A stretch of 64,000 nt of DNA from Spirogloea muscicola (Eukaryota), in assembly GCA_009602725.1 (NCBI GenBank), contig WELB01000006.1, positions 812,460-876,459 on the forward strand, given 5' to 3'. Below, one piece after another: positions 1-11,879 of the stretch (its first letter is position 1; each line of letters begins with the position of its first letter). The notes beneath the pieces are model-generated. The model saw nothing but the letters and a program-made list of their open reading frames with translations, ran no database searches and was not told the DNA's origin. The position numbers and the translations under genes are program-made.

Positions 1-53
1 GCGGCGGGTGCGAGGGACAGGCCGGGAGGGGGCCGGCGCGCCGCGGACCCCAT
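1..53 (-). CDS. Possible first coding exon of a gene running off the left edge (MGSAARRPLPACPSHPP...)
   Basis: Minus-strand ATG in a gccATGg context at 53, preceded by a GC-rich (GCC)n leader like other first exons here. No recognisable domain. Confidence 0.3.
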   Translation of the reverse strand, partial: MGSAARRPPPGLSLAPA

Positions 54-132
54 GGCGGGCGCCGCCGGCAGCGATGCCGGCGGCGGCCCGGGGTTTAGGA
101 GGGGTGGCGGCGGCGGCGGCGGCGGCCTCGAC

Positions 133-640
133 CTAGCTGTGGAAGCGAGCCCGAACAGGATAAGGGAATGTAAGCTCATCCAAGAAAAGAAAATTTAACA
201 GCTCTTCAAACCGAAGGCAGGGGCTGTGAAAAGCCAGCCCGTAAGAAGTTGAAAAAGGTCCAAAGGGGCTGGGAAGGACTGATATTTCCAATCCAAGGCA
301 ATGGCTGTGAGAGGCCAGCCCAAAGAATTGAGCCCAAAGGAATGTGCAAGAAAGTGGCTCTGCCAAAAAGGTGAAGGGCTGTGAACAGCCATCCCGATGT
401 GTACAAGGTCTGGAAGGGCCGACAGGCACAAAAAGCATGAAACTATTCTTAATGACTCCTTCGCTAATACACAACCAAGCAAGTACCACAAAGAATGTCA
501 TGGTTTGTTGAACTGGCCGTTCACAGCCCTTGCCCCCTTTGGATGAGCGTACTTCTTTCACAGCCCTCAACCAACCCTTGTTTTCATCTAGAAAGTCTCC
601 ATCTGGGCTGGCCTACTACAGCCATGTGGCCTGGCTGCGT
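133..640. mobile_element. Cluster of degenerate CRE-like retroelement 3' termini in both orientations
   Basis: Terminal hairpin motif GGGCTGG-N-CAGCC at about 221, 303 and 377 (-) and about 513 and 604 (+). Confidence 0.7.
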
Positions 641-1429
641 CATGCCATGGTGCGTTGATGACTTACAACGTCGATTGGGCAGGATTGCAGGCAATTGCGA
701 CAATACTAAAAACAAATCGAGCGAAGGTTTAGAATCTGTGGCAGGCAGAGCAAAGCTAACCAAGTGCGAAAGCAAAGTAGCGAGGAATATAAAGAAGTAG
801 CTTGTAGTAAAGGTGAACAAGCTTTCACCTGATTTTGCAAACTATTATTTCGAGCAAATACAATGCTGCCTGCCAAAAGCGCCAGTAACAGTACAGGTCA
901 ACGTAGTCCTGCCGTATCAAGGTCTCACGGCTTTCCAACTCCATTGCACCGTGTCCATTATGTTGTAAGCTGGCATTGCCCAGCAATAACCCCCATTCAA
1001 AGAGGCCTTTTTCCATCTTTGGAAGAGCTGCTCTCTTTCATGTGCTCACTCGCAGGTAACAATGTACTTCAGTTTGCGTTTACTTTCTTATCTTAGTCCT
1101 TGTTAGATTTTCTCTACATATTACAATACACACAGATTACTGGCTTGCTGGGGTTCCCTTTCAAATTTATGCGGACACCGCACCTTCTCTTCTAGCGCCC
1201 GGTCTACCTGGTGTCCTCGCCAGTCCCTTCTTGGTGAGGCGGGCAATGCCCAAATGACGCCTGCCGATCCAGCGGCGCCAGCGGCGGCACTGGTAAATCT
1301 AGGTCGGATATGTAAGAAGACAGACTGGACCGAGTGGACTGCTCGGTCTGGCCTTCTCGCTCCTGTATGCTCGGTCACTATCGAGGACACAAGGTTCTTA
1401 AATGAGCCGTATCTATACGCCAGTATGTA

Positions 1430-2050
1430 TGCGCTCCTGCATTTTCAGGCAGCTTTTGCAGGCATACCGCGCTCTGGTTGCTGCTTCTGGGTTTCGCTGT
1501 GGCGAACCTTCTTAAGCTGCATGCTACTCGCGGCTGCTGACAAAGAATAATGGAGGACACACTTGTCGTGGCCACTTGCCTGTAATTTGTGGTCTGTGTA
1601 GTCTAGCTGCGTGATCTAGCCTTTCCAGCTACTTCGAAGCATGTCCTTCATTTCGGGCTGGCCTTTCACAGCAGTCTCCCCCCTTATAAAGTGCTCATAG
1701 AAGCCAGCTATCGCCTCCTTCTGGAGAACTTTCCCTCTTTGGGCCGGCCTTTCATAGCCATCCCCCTTTCGGGAAAGGACCTGCTATCATATGTGGGCTG
1801 GCTTTGCACAGCCCTCGCCCCGTTTGGAAGAGCTACTTCTCTGGACCTTGGCCTTTTGGACCTTGTCCATTTCTCTGGGCTAGCTCTTTCACAGCCCTCG
1901 CCCCTTCGTAATCAATGAGCGGGTCAGCTTAGCAGCAGGTGACATACATATGTCAATGTGCTTGCTTCTGTACTTGGCCACACAGACCCTCCATCACCTA
2001 ATACACAATCCATCCACTTTGGGAGAGCCACTTACTTTCTTTGGCGGGCG
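1430..2050 (+). mobile_element. Degenerate CRE-like 3' fragments, including a subfamily E 3' UTR at about 1915-2000
   Basis: Frameshifted RALVAASGFRCGE C-terminal motif near 1468-1505, hairpin motifs at about 1655, 1795 and 1877, and the E-type UTR motif tgtgcttgc.ttctgtacttggccacac. Confidence 0.6.
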
Positions 2051-2745
2051 TGGGAGGATCAATTCCAGTAGGGGGCGATGGTGCGGGAGGCCGAGCAAGT
2101 GTGCGCCAGCCGGCCTCAAGGTCGAGAGAACGTGCGCATGGAATGAGAAGAAAGACGCTTGAGAGGGAGCCAAAGCAAGCCAGTACACAGGTTGGAAGAT
2201 GAACAATGAAAAATTCAAGCAGCGCGGAGGTAAAGCTAACGAGAGACCACCCCCTCGGCAGTGGTGGGCCACGTCGCCGCGGGGCTCGCTGTGGCGTGCG
2301 CCGCAAGGCCACACCCGACGGGGAAGTGGTGGGCATTCCGGCCCTGCCAGCCCCTCTTCTCTTCTCTATGCTTGAACTTCTGCTTGAACTGTGTACTGGC
2401 TTGAATTGGCCTCCCTTTTCATTTCATGCGCCCCGCGCGCCTTTCTCTTTCTCTATGGGCGCGCACTTTCCCTTCCAACCTTGTCCTACTTCTTTATGAC
2501 GGCTGGCCTCCGTAGCCCCATTTCAGGAAGTGCTCAGTTCCACAATTATCGGCCTCTAGTAGGAGAAGCTCTCTTGACGGAGGGCGCGAATGAAATGGAA
2601 GACTCTTCTGGTGGAGGGCGATGGCGGTAATTGGTCAGCCCAGAAAAAGACAGAAGCTACAGCGCTTCCAGCGGGGCCGAGTGCTGTGAAATGCCAGCTC
2701 ACAAAAGGATTAACAACACTGGCGCTTTGGAAAGGCTTGTCCGAT

Positions 2746-2895
2746 TCCGACTTTATTCCAACTTGCATCTCTTACTGAGGTTACTGAGAGTCGCCCTTTG
2801 CTGTCTTAGTCCTTAGCACTCCGGCTCCTTCAGACCTTGTCCTTTCCTTTGGGCTGGCCTCTCCCAGCCACCAGTCAACCTGGCCGCGCTTTGCT
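2746..2895 (+). mobile_element. Short 5'-truncated subfamily A copy with an 11-bp TSD
   Basis: Matches the 3' end of the 26624-27888 copy. Flanked by GCTTGTCCGAT (2735-2745) and GCTTATCCGAT (2896-2906). Confidence 0.75.
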
Positions 2896-2924
2896 GCTTA
2901 TCCGATGGGGGCCAAAGCAGAAAA

Positions 2925-3330
2925 AAGAGAGAAAGGCGCGCGGGGAGCATGAAATGAAAAGGGAGGCCAATTCAAGCCAATACACAGTTCAAGCAGAGGC
3001 GAGTGCAAACTAAACAAGGCTACATAATATAGAGACCCAAACTAAGGTGCCTAAGGTGACATAAGTACCCGCGGGAGAGCACAAACAAATCGGACAAGCT
3101 AACTTGGGGAGCTGGAGCGCCGCCACGAAAGCCGGAGGCCCGACTTAGAGCGCGCCCTGCACGTTGATGAAGAGCCAAGGCTTGCGAGCGCAGCAAACAA
3201 AGCGAGAGCCGCATTCTATAGTATGCAATTAAGGCCTGTGGAATGCTGGAGTGGCCCAAGCTGCCCCCCCGACTTTTACGACGCGCATCAACCAGCCGGG
3301 CCAGATGCTGGATCAGAGAAGGACCATTTC
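2925..3330 (-). mobile_element. CRE-like subfamily D 3' fragment with a different 3' tail
   Basis: ORF 3020..3259 reads YYRMRLSLCLLRSQALALHQRAGRALSRASGFRGG...SLSDLFVLSRGYLCH...YIM*. Its UTR (ctgtgtattggcttgaattggcctcccttttcatttcatg...gcgcgcctttctc) recurs at about 2375-2450 (+) and 3335-3385 (-). Confidence 0.75.
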
Positions 3331-3634
3331 AAGCCAAAAGGGCGCGCGCGGTGCACATGAAATTGAAAGGGAGGCCAATCTAGCCTTACAAATGTGCTGT
3401 TTACTGGGTAATGAGCTGGCTAAATGAAAGACGAGAGGCTTCCAACGCCGGCAGGGGGACGTGGGTGCCCGCCGCCGCCGCAGATCCGGCCCAGCGCCAC
3501 ATTCGCCTGGAACCTACCGACGCGCGTGGGCACAGACAATCTGCAGCCCGCCTGGAGGCTTTGCTTCCCGCTTCTTCTTGCTTCTTGGCTTCTCCAGTCG
3601 CACCCGTCGCCACGGCACCCAAAGCGATGGGCTG

Positions 3635-3644
3635 GTTCTGGAAA
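3635..3644. promoter_or_regulatory. Possible heat-shock element (nTTCnnGAAn) upstream of the sHSP gene
   Basis: gTTCtgGAAa about 190 bp upstream of the ATG, with TATA-like TACATAAG at about 3714-3722. Only two HSE units are clear. Confidence 0.35.
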
Positions 3645-3825
3645 GCGCCGCTGTCCCCGCCGCTACGTCACCTAATCCGCCACCCGCAATCCCCTCCCCG
3701 CCCCCCGCCATCCCTACATAAGTAGCCCCCCCCCGGCCTGCAGTCCCTACTCAGCGCCCGCCCCGCCCCCGTCCCCCGCGTCTGCTCCGCCCCTCCTCGC
3801 TGCCGTCGCCCTCGCCGCTTACGCC

Positions 3826-5309
3826 ATGGCTGCCGCCACTGCCCTCATGTCCGCCTCCAGCGCACTCGCTTCAGCACCGCTGCTGCGGCGGAGCCCTGCT
3901 GCCGGCTCGCCTGCCTCGCAGCACACATCCTCGCTGAGCCCTGCGCTTCAGCCCAGGAAGTCTGGGTTCCTGGGCACTCGGCTCGATGGGCACGCAGCAC
4001 CTGCTGCCACCAGCAGCAAGGAGTGCATGCTGGTGAGCTTCTGAGGGCCCTCACCTTGCTGCTGCATGCCTTTCGTCACTGCTTTAGCTTGGCATGCTTT
4101 GGCCTCTGCACTGATATGTGATGCTACATACAGTATATCGTTACATGCGCGAACTTTTATACCTGTAAAACCTATGGTGAATCACAGAAGATGCATGACG
4201 TGACTTGTGCTGTAGGTCGCCAGGGCTGGCTGCGGTGAATCTGATTCTCGTGGAGGTCGCACAACAGGCGGTGCCCGGTGGCAGCGCAGGCAAGATGGTG
4301 GCCCCACCAATGCAGCTGGCCAGCCTCAGAGCGCGCGAAGGGGAATGCCCTCAAGATCCACCTTCATGACCCCTTTTGGCCCGCTCAGTAAGTGGCTACT
4401 CTCATAAATACGGCACATGCCTAAGTATCTGGGTCCTATCAGGGGTGTTCTTAAAAACCTCCTGAGACAAAGGCAGACTATGGCCTGCTCTAGAAGGCCT
4501 TGGCGGACTTATGCTTGAATGCGGTGAATTCTGCGTCCTGCAGATGTGATGGCTGGGACTTGCAATCAGCCTGTGGGCTTCCGCGGATGGGGCATGCAGC
4601 CACTTGGCCTGAACCAGCTCTTTAACGAGCTTTTCAACGACTTCTCTACGGTTGCGCCTCTTCGGCGGCCTGTCTGGAACGTCCAAGAGACCAGCAATGC
4701 TTACCAAGTGCGCATGGAGCTGCCCGGCTTCTCCAAGGAGGAGGTGAAGGTCCAGCTTGAGGAAGGCAATATCCTTGTCATCCGAGCCCAGCGTCTTGAT
4801 GGAGACAAAGATTCGAAGGCAGGACCCCAGGGCATGCGTCGAAGGGAAGGCTTTCAGGTTTGTACAGGCGGCCTGAGATCAGCAAGTCTGTGGGCAAGGA
4901 AGCTTCTAAAGAAAATTTGGCAGAAAGGCATCCCTTTATGTGCTCATTGAGTCCTATGCACTGCCATAATTGTCATGACCCGCTTGACTGAAGGAGCATA
5001 CGGCCTGCAGAAAACTCATTAATTTTTAATCTGTCTTGCCCCGCCTACTGACAGGCTCGCTTCCGTCTTGCGGACAATGTCACTGCTGAGAAGATTGGAG
5101 CAGAGATGAAGAACGGCGTACTAAACTTGACGTTCCCCAAGGTCGTGCAAGAGAAGGCATCAGCGGTGGACATCCAGGTCACAGAGCCAGATTTAGAGGC
5201 TCAAGCCATCGACCTTCCCTCAGAAAGGGTGGAAGAGGCTAACCAATCTGAGCAGAATAAAACTGACCATGATAAGAGCCAAGACTCTGGCGAGGGTATC
5301 CCATTGTAA
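3826..5309 (+). CDS. Small heat-shock protein (HSP20/alpha-crystallin), probably plastid-targeted; 4 exons (about 3826-4032, 4216-4387, 4544-4857, 5055-5309)
   Basis: Ser/Ala-rich transit-peptide-like N-terminus. ACD motifs WNVQET..YQVRMELPGFSKEEVKV, FRLADNV..EKIGAEMKNGVLNLTFPK and IXI motif VDIQV. GT-AG introns join in frame. Confidence 0.9.
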
Positions 5310-6224
5310 ATCAGATTGATCTGAAGTTGTATTTATGTAGATACGTTTTGACCTTTGCCAGGATGACGCATTATTAGATCGCTTATTACTGGATACCAGC
5401 AACAGAGTTCTGCTTGTTGAGAGACACGCTGATTTAGACCGGAGCCTGGCTGTGTACTACCCTTTGACATGACACTACCAACCTGTCTGATTGCTGCCTT
5501 GCTTCGCAAAAAGCAGCTGTACTTATGGCCATTGCCATGTGTCTCAAGTATGCTAGTCATTTCTCTGCCAACCAATACTTGCAGTACTGAGAAACGGTTT
5601 TGCGTAGTGATTATAGATCCTGTAATAATTGCAAAGAAGTTTCTGAAATCCTGCAAATAGGATATTAGCCTTTTACAACCGTCTTGCTGTTGGTCGAGAA
5701 AGATAAATCTTCTAAGTAAATTAAGTAGTCCGGGAATCCAGGATTCATGAGGATATTGATCAGTCAGCGGCGATAATTATGCACCATTAAACTGATTCAA
5801 TTCAACTGCTATTGCGAATGCTTATCTCTCAAAAGTATGTCGAGATTTCTTGTTACAACTCTTTTGACAGTTGAAAGTCCCAGAACTCACGGGTTAAATG
5901 TCCAGTCATCTCCATAATATATCCCGATAGAAAAACACCATGTATGGGCGAAGCACTATCTGCCTGTGATCAAACAGCTGCATGCGGATTTTGCTGGCAC
6001 ATAGCAATTTCAAACATCTCGTAAGAGACATTGTTTTTATTATCAAGTCAATATCAGCAGTTTCTGTGACGTTCGTTCATTATTTTTCCTTGGACATAGG
6101 AACAAATATAGTAAGAAACTCGAACACCCCGGCTGGCAGCTAACAGATGGGTGTGCAAGTCCAAATTATGTAGTAGATACCTTTTCATTGTCTATTCAAC
6201 ACCAACCACTTCATATTGTTGCGC

Positions 6225-7640
6225 CCAATGTACGCTGCCCACACGTCACGGAGGTATTGGTTCTCGCCTCTTGGTCCGCATATGCAAACTAGCGTACCTT
6301 GGCTGCTGGTGGGCTAAAGTGGCTCCGTCTAAAGTGGCTCCGGCTACGATTCCTCCTTGAGCATTTATGTATATTGGTGGCTCACATCGAAGACGTGGTT
6401 CATGGAAGTCTGCCTTTCCTTGTGAGTCTTTAAAGCATGCGTACAGGACCTCTTTGCCCACCTCCCTCGCCTCTGGTAAAACAGCCTGGCAAGTTTTGCT
6501 GCCTAGGCTAACTTTTCTCTTGTAAATTGCTCAACTGCAGTTTCCTAACGCTGCAGATGAGCAACCGCTGGAGCATCTCTGGATTCTCCTGTCAGGGAAT
6601 GCTCGAGGCCAGGGTCGGCTCCTATCATTTTTGTCGCTGGGAGCGTCTGAGTGGTTCCGCGCTTTGCCTTCGTATGCGGGCTTGCGGATGGAAAATGCTT
6701 TGTCCTGCGATGCTCTGCGCCGCCGTCTGGGCTTACCATCCCTGCTTGGCAGGGCTGACCAGTGCGAGTGTGGGCTAATTGAGAAGGATGCATTCCTCAT
6801 GGGTGATCACAACCTCATGCTTGCCAAAGGCAGCGAGCGCACGGGCTCACACAACCTCCTACGTGACGCGATGTATGGCATTGTAAAGCGGGCGGGATAC
6901 TAGTGGCTCTGGAGAGCACCGGGGTGATGCCCGTCCAACTCCGCAATGGGGACCCTCAAACAAGGCGTGTCGATCTGGTGGGCTTCCCTTGGGAGGCGGC
7001 AAGTGGCTACTCATGGACGTCGTCCTCACTGACAGCTTCTGCAAGAAGGGCCCATCACTCCTGAGACCGGCTATGCTGCGAAGGTGGCCGAGCAGAAAAG
7101 GAATCGCTCGCCCACGAAGGGTAGGGGCTGGGAAAGGCCAGCCCAAAGAGAATGGACGAGGTCCAAAGAGCCAAAAGGTGCCGAAAAGAAAAACCACACA
7201 GCTAGACAGAGCAGAAGAAGGCACATGAATGCAAAGGCCACCCTGCTGGCGACACCTTTTTACCCGCTGCCACATGGAAATTTATGGGTGTTACGGGGGT
7301 CGGTGGTCCTCGTTACTTTCGCTGCTGGCCTCTCAGATTAACCAGCGGCGCCGCGATTTGGGTGCAGCACTTCTGGAGGCTCGGTGCCTTTGGGTCTTGT
7401 GTCCTGCTACCGCAAGTCTATGTCCCTCCAGCGCTTCAAAGCGCTTGCTTTGCACCCCAAGCCCGTCGCTCTTGCAGCAGCCTCCGGCTTGCGCAGCGGG
7501 GTTGCTCTTCCTTCCCTCAGCTCCTCTGCTTACCTATTTCTGACACGGGGGTAATAAGAGCGCCCTGTTTGCCTAGCCTGTGGCTCGGCTTATATTAATG
7601 AACACCCTCAGTATGCACCTGGCTGGCTTTACAGCCGCTC
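6225..7640 (+). mobile_element. Degenerate CRE-like copy (RT thumb, zinc knuckle, RLE), interrupted at about 7105-7225 by an antisense 3' terminus
   Basis: LPTRHGGIG...AYLGCW thumb motif, LGASEWFRALP, CECG...ERTGSHNLLRD and RRVDLV..LLMDVVLTD; resumes with HPAGDTFLP. Contains stops and frameshifts. Confidence 0.85.
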
Positions 7641-8558
7641 ATCTGATGTCAGCAGCCGCATCTTCTATTTCACAGGAAGATGTAAACAGAATAGAGGGGA
7701 ATGTAAGCCTGGCTAGAAGCTTACAGACTGCGACCTGCAATTGCATACCTTGCTTTCCAGTGAAAGTCATGACCTGAGGTTGCTTCAGACAGGCAGTGCA
7801 ATGGCAAATAGATGCTGGCGCAATGGCAATTAGTGACGAAGAAGAAAGGATTGGGGTTATCATGATTAAAATCAGTGAAAAGGCTCTGCAACAGTAAGTT
7901 GATCGATGCCTGAAGCAAGCCAACACAGAATGCTATGCATGTACAATAAGTGTTTGGCAGTAGGTAACACTGAAGGTTCTACGTAATATAAGTAAAATAA
8001 TACAATGTTGTGCATCCGTGAAAGGGATTGCCAACAGTCTCTAAATAAGCCTAACACCTTGCTTCATCTTCGAAGCACACAGTACTTGCAATACTCACAA
8101 TGGCCATTTGGCCTGACGCGAAGTCACATGAGGCAGATAGGCCCCCGGCTGCATGCACTTCGTGCATTTGCCAATGAAGGCGGTCAATCGCTGAAGTGTG
8201 GCATCCAAGATGGAGGTCCACGGGCTGCCCCACAATGCCTGGCAAAGGCCAGGTCCCAGCTTTGCAAAGAAAGCAAAGAAATACGCTGCATTTCCACTCA
8301 TGCACAGCAATAAAAGGAGTAGCTTGGTGGATGAGTGCAAGAGAGAGCTAGGGCTAGAGACAGTAAGGAAGCAATAGAATGTCGATGAAACTGGCAATGG
8401 ATGACCAGAGTTGCATTAGTCCACCATTGAAGACAAGATCCTTTTGAAGAGGCAGCCATGGTTTGCTTTGCGTGCTTGCCATCACTTGGGTGCAGCAGAG
8501 GAGTAGCAGGAGTCTGAGCATGGGGCATCATCCTGCTGGAAGCGATGGATCTGCAGCT

Positions 8559-10554
8559 TCAGGGAGAGACGGCGCGGAGATGGCTGGAGAACTGAGAGAC
8601 TGGTAGTAGGCAAAGGCCGCGACTTTGGAGGTTCTTCTGAAGCCTGCCCTCTGTGAAGATGGTCATGGCTGTCTCTGAGAGCGGCAGTTTGCAGTTGGGC
8701 GACGAAGTGGCGGCAGCGGCTGCAGCTTTTGCGGCCAACCTGTTCGCCTCCTTGATGCGCTTTCGGAGCTTGTATTTGGCAGCATGGTATCCACGTGCGT
8801 TCTCCGGGGGGAGGCACGACTCAAGCTGAGCCAGGTTGGCATCAATATGATGTCCCCACTGATTGTCACCGGTCGACTCTTTCCTCTTGTGGCTGATCGT
8901 GTAGCTGGGCTCCAGATCCACCAATCTCTGATCTGGGCGTGGTGTAGCTGGACTGCTGCGGATACTTGAGTCCTGCAAAAGGCGTGATACGGACGAGGTT
9001 GGTCATGTTGTCCTGTTGATGACCATCGCAACAAGGAAACTGGTGGCCTTACCAGGTGAATCCACAAATTGCATCACAGGCGGTGTTGAGGCTAGACACC
9101 TAGTGAGATGGACGTACATGCACACAGTCGGCCATGCAATTGCTTCAAGATAGGCTCCTTACCTGAGAAGAGGCGGATGACGCAGCGCATCCCTCTGCCT
9201 CCGCAATCAGTCCACTCAAGGTCTGCAATAGTGTGCCACACGCATGACGACATGAGGATCCAAGAGGCTATGTGACAGGTGGCACTTCAATCGAGTCAAA
9301 GGTACCAGCGCTTTTACTCACACAAAGTTCTACATCAAGGTTCTAAAATTTGTAATGAGATCATGCATTAAATACCGACATTCACCTGAATCTTGCCCTG
9401 CAAGTCTCTCACGTACTCAATAACCTCACCCAGCATGTTGGCAGTATCACCCTGTGTAGCCACGTGAGAGAACACAATGTAAGAAGGCATGACAAGGACT
9501 CATCAAGGTGCACAGCTATCAAGCAATAAAAAACAACTGTGGCAAGATCCGAAGCGTATGTGTGACGGCCGCTGACATACCTTATTCGTGTGCGGGACGA
9601 GGTCCTGCAGGAATCGCATCCTTGTATTCATTTCCCGCCTGCGCTCACGTGCCGTGCTAGCGGCGATGCTCATGACATAGTCTCGCTTGCGGCTAGAAGG
9701 GGACACCTTGCTGGCTGCGGGCCTTGGCCTCTGCTTGCGCTGCAAGCACAGCATTCTTGTGATTGAGTGAGTTGCATTTACAAGCTTGGGACTGCATCTT
9801 GTCATTCCTTGAACACAGCAGAATTGTGGGTAACGGCAAGAGTGCTCACCCCAGTGGCACTGCCTGGCTCACTGCAACAGCCCCCAACATCACGTGGTGG
9901 CGTTGCCAAGTCATGGCCAGCAGTGTCGATGGAGGACGCAATGCTCTCGGAGCGTCGCATCGCAGAGCCGTCAAGGTCGTCCACGGTGGTGAGCGTGTAG
10001 GGCCCTGTCTCCGTAAGCAGGCCGGAGCTCATCATGGTGCCGCAAATGCCAGCCATGTGGTCATCTTCCGGGATGCCAAGGTCCGACCCACCACCGTTGT
10101 CAGCGAGAAGGTCGTGTGGAGCCAAGACGCGCTGCACGGGCCAAGCGGCTGAGACCACCGAGCTGCAGAGGCTCATGTCATCCTCCTCGGCCAAGCCCAG
10201 CCGAGCAGGCCATGAGGCTGCAAATACCGAGACCGGCACTTGACCGCCGAAGTAGGGTTGGCCTTGCAGCGCCTGCTGTGGGCTCGGCGTCTCTGTGGAG
10301 GCCGATGTTGCGGCAAGGTCGACGCAGGCTAGCCCTGGGAGGGCAGCCCGCAGGTCGTGGCCGTGCAAAGCTGGCAATGCTGCGCAGACGGGGCTCGGGG
10401 TCGTCGCGCGCGAGCACCCGAGGGCGTCGAGGAGAAGGTGCGGTTGGGGGTGGTAATGCTGCAGGAGGAGTTGCTCCTGCTGGACGTGCCACGGCAGCAT
10501 GGTGGGTGCGGAAGGCCCGCAGCCCTCGCCGGGTTGCATGTGCAGGAGCTCCAT
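8559..10554 (-). CDS. bHLH transcription factor related to plant subfamilies X/XI (LRL-like); about 5 exons
   Basis: Spliced HLH: ARERRREMNTRMRFLQDLVPHTNK|GDTANMLGEVIEYVRDLQGKIQ. C-terminal LQSRGLCLLPVS motif. Exons about 10554-9850, 9739-9581, 9451-9386, 9222-9163 and 8972-8559 join in phase. Start codon uncertain. Confidence 0.85.
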
Positions 10555-10931
10555 GGTGACGCCGCCACCTGCCAAGACGGCCGCAGAGCACCGGCTGCGG
10601 GTGCGCCGCCATTGTGGGCTCAGTGTGCCGCCGGAGAGAGCACAGGCAGCGAGATCGGGCAGCAGGTGCAGGCTTGCGGGAGGACGGGGCAATGCAGGTC
10701 CTGGGAGGCCTCAGGAGGCAAGTGCGAGGCCCGCGGCGGGCCGGGGGCGGCCCAGCAGGGGGGCGAGAGGGCGGCCCAGCAGGGGGCGAGAGGGCGTAAT
10801 GGAGGGCTTGCGCGCACCGAGCGAGTGCTGGGGCAGAGGTCGGGGCGGGCAGTCAGCGTCGAGGAGGCGGGGCGGACGCCACGCCGGGCCAGCTAGCCAC
10901 GGCGGCGGCGCTCCGGGGGGAGGCCGGGGGG

Positions 10932-11172
10932 NNNNNNNNNNNNNNNNNNNNNNNNNNNNNNNNNNNNNNNNNNNNNNNNNNNNNNNNNNNNNNNNNNNNN
11001 NNNNNNNNNNNNNNNNNNNNNNNNNNNNNNNNNNNNNNNNNNNNNNNNNNNNNNNNNNNNNNNNNNNNNNNNNNNNNNNNNNNNNNNNNNNNNNNNNNNN
11101 NNNNNNNNNNNNNNNNNNNNNNNNNNNNNNNNNNNNNNNNNNNNNNNNNNNNNNNNNNNNNNNNNNNNNNNN
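10932..11172. other. Assembly gap (N run) flanked by G runs
   Basis: Ns seen directly, with poly-G on both sides. Confidence 0.98.
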
Positions 11173-11879
11173 GGGGGGGGGGGGGACGATCTTTGCGGAG
11201 GCGACGGGGCGTCACGGCGGGCGTGGGCAGTGCCGCCGCTGATGCGCAGGCGCGCGCGCTGTCGGCGATCATGCCGCCCGGCCCCGCCACCAGCAGCAGA
11301 CGGCGGAGGCCCAGCCGCAGTTTGTTGGCTCTGCCCGAGAGGGGCCGGGCACCCCCCAGCCACCGGCCACCCGCCACCCCAGGATTGGCCACGCTCTGGC
11401 GGCGCGGCGACGTGGGCCGCTCCCTGGGTGGGCGTACCACCAATGCTCAGGCCCGGGCAACGCGGCGCCCGGCAGACCCCCCCCCGGGGGCCTTTGCGCG
11501 GCCCCGGGGCTGGGCTCCGGGGGGACTTTTGCCAGCACCCTCCCACTGGGCTGCGGGCCCCGCTGCCCGCCCAATCATGCCGCGGTCGGGGGCGGGCCCC
11601 CGGGCGCTCGGGCGGCGCGCCGCCGGGCCCACACGGGGGCAACCCCCGCTAAGGGCCAAGGGCCCGCGCATCTCCGCCCCCGCAGCTCCGCGCATCTGGG
11701 GGGGCCTGGCTCCGGTCCCGGCTGCCGGGGCGGCGGGCAGATGCCCCCCGCCCACCCCCGCGCCGGTACGCCTACCGGCGGTGCCCTTCGGGGGGCCCAT
11801 TGCCCCTCCCGCTTTTCTTTTCTCTTTTCCGCTCCTGGGCCTCTGCGCAGCCGCGCCGCCACGGCACACGAGAAACTTT

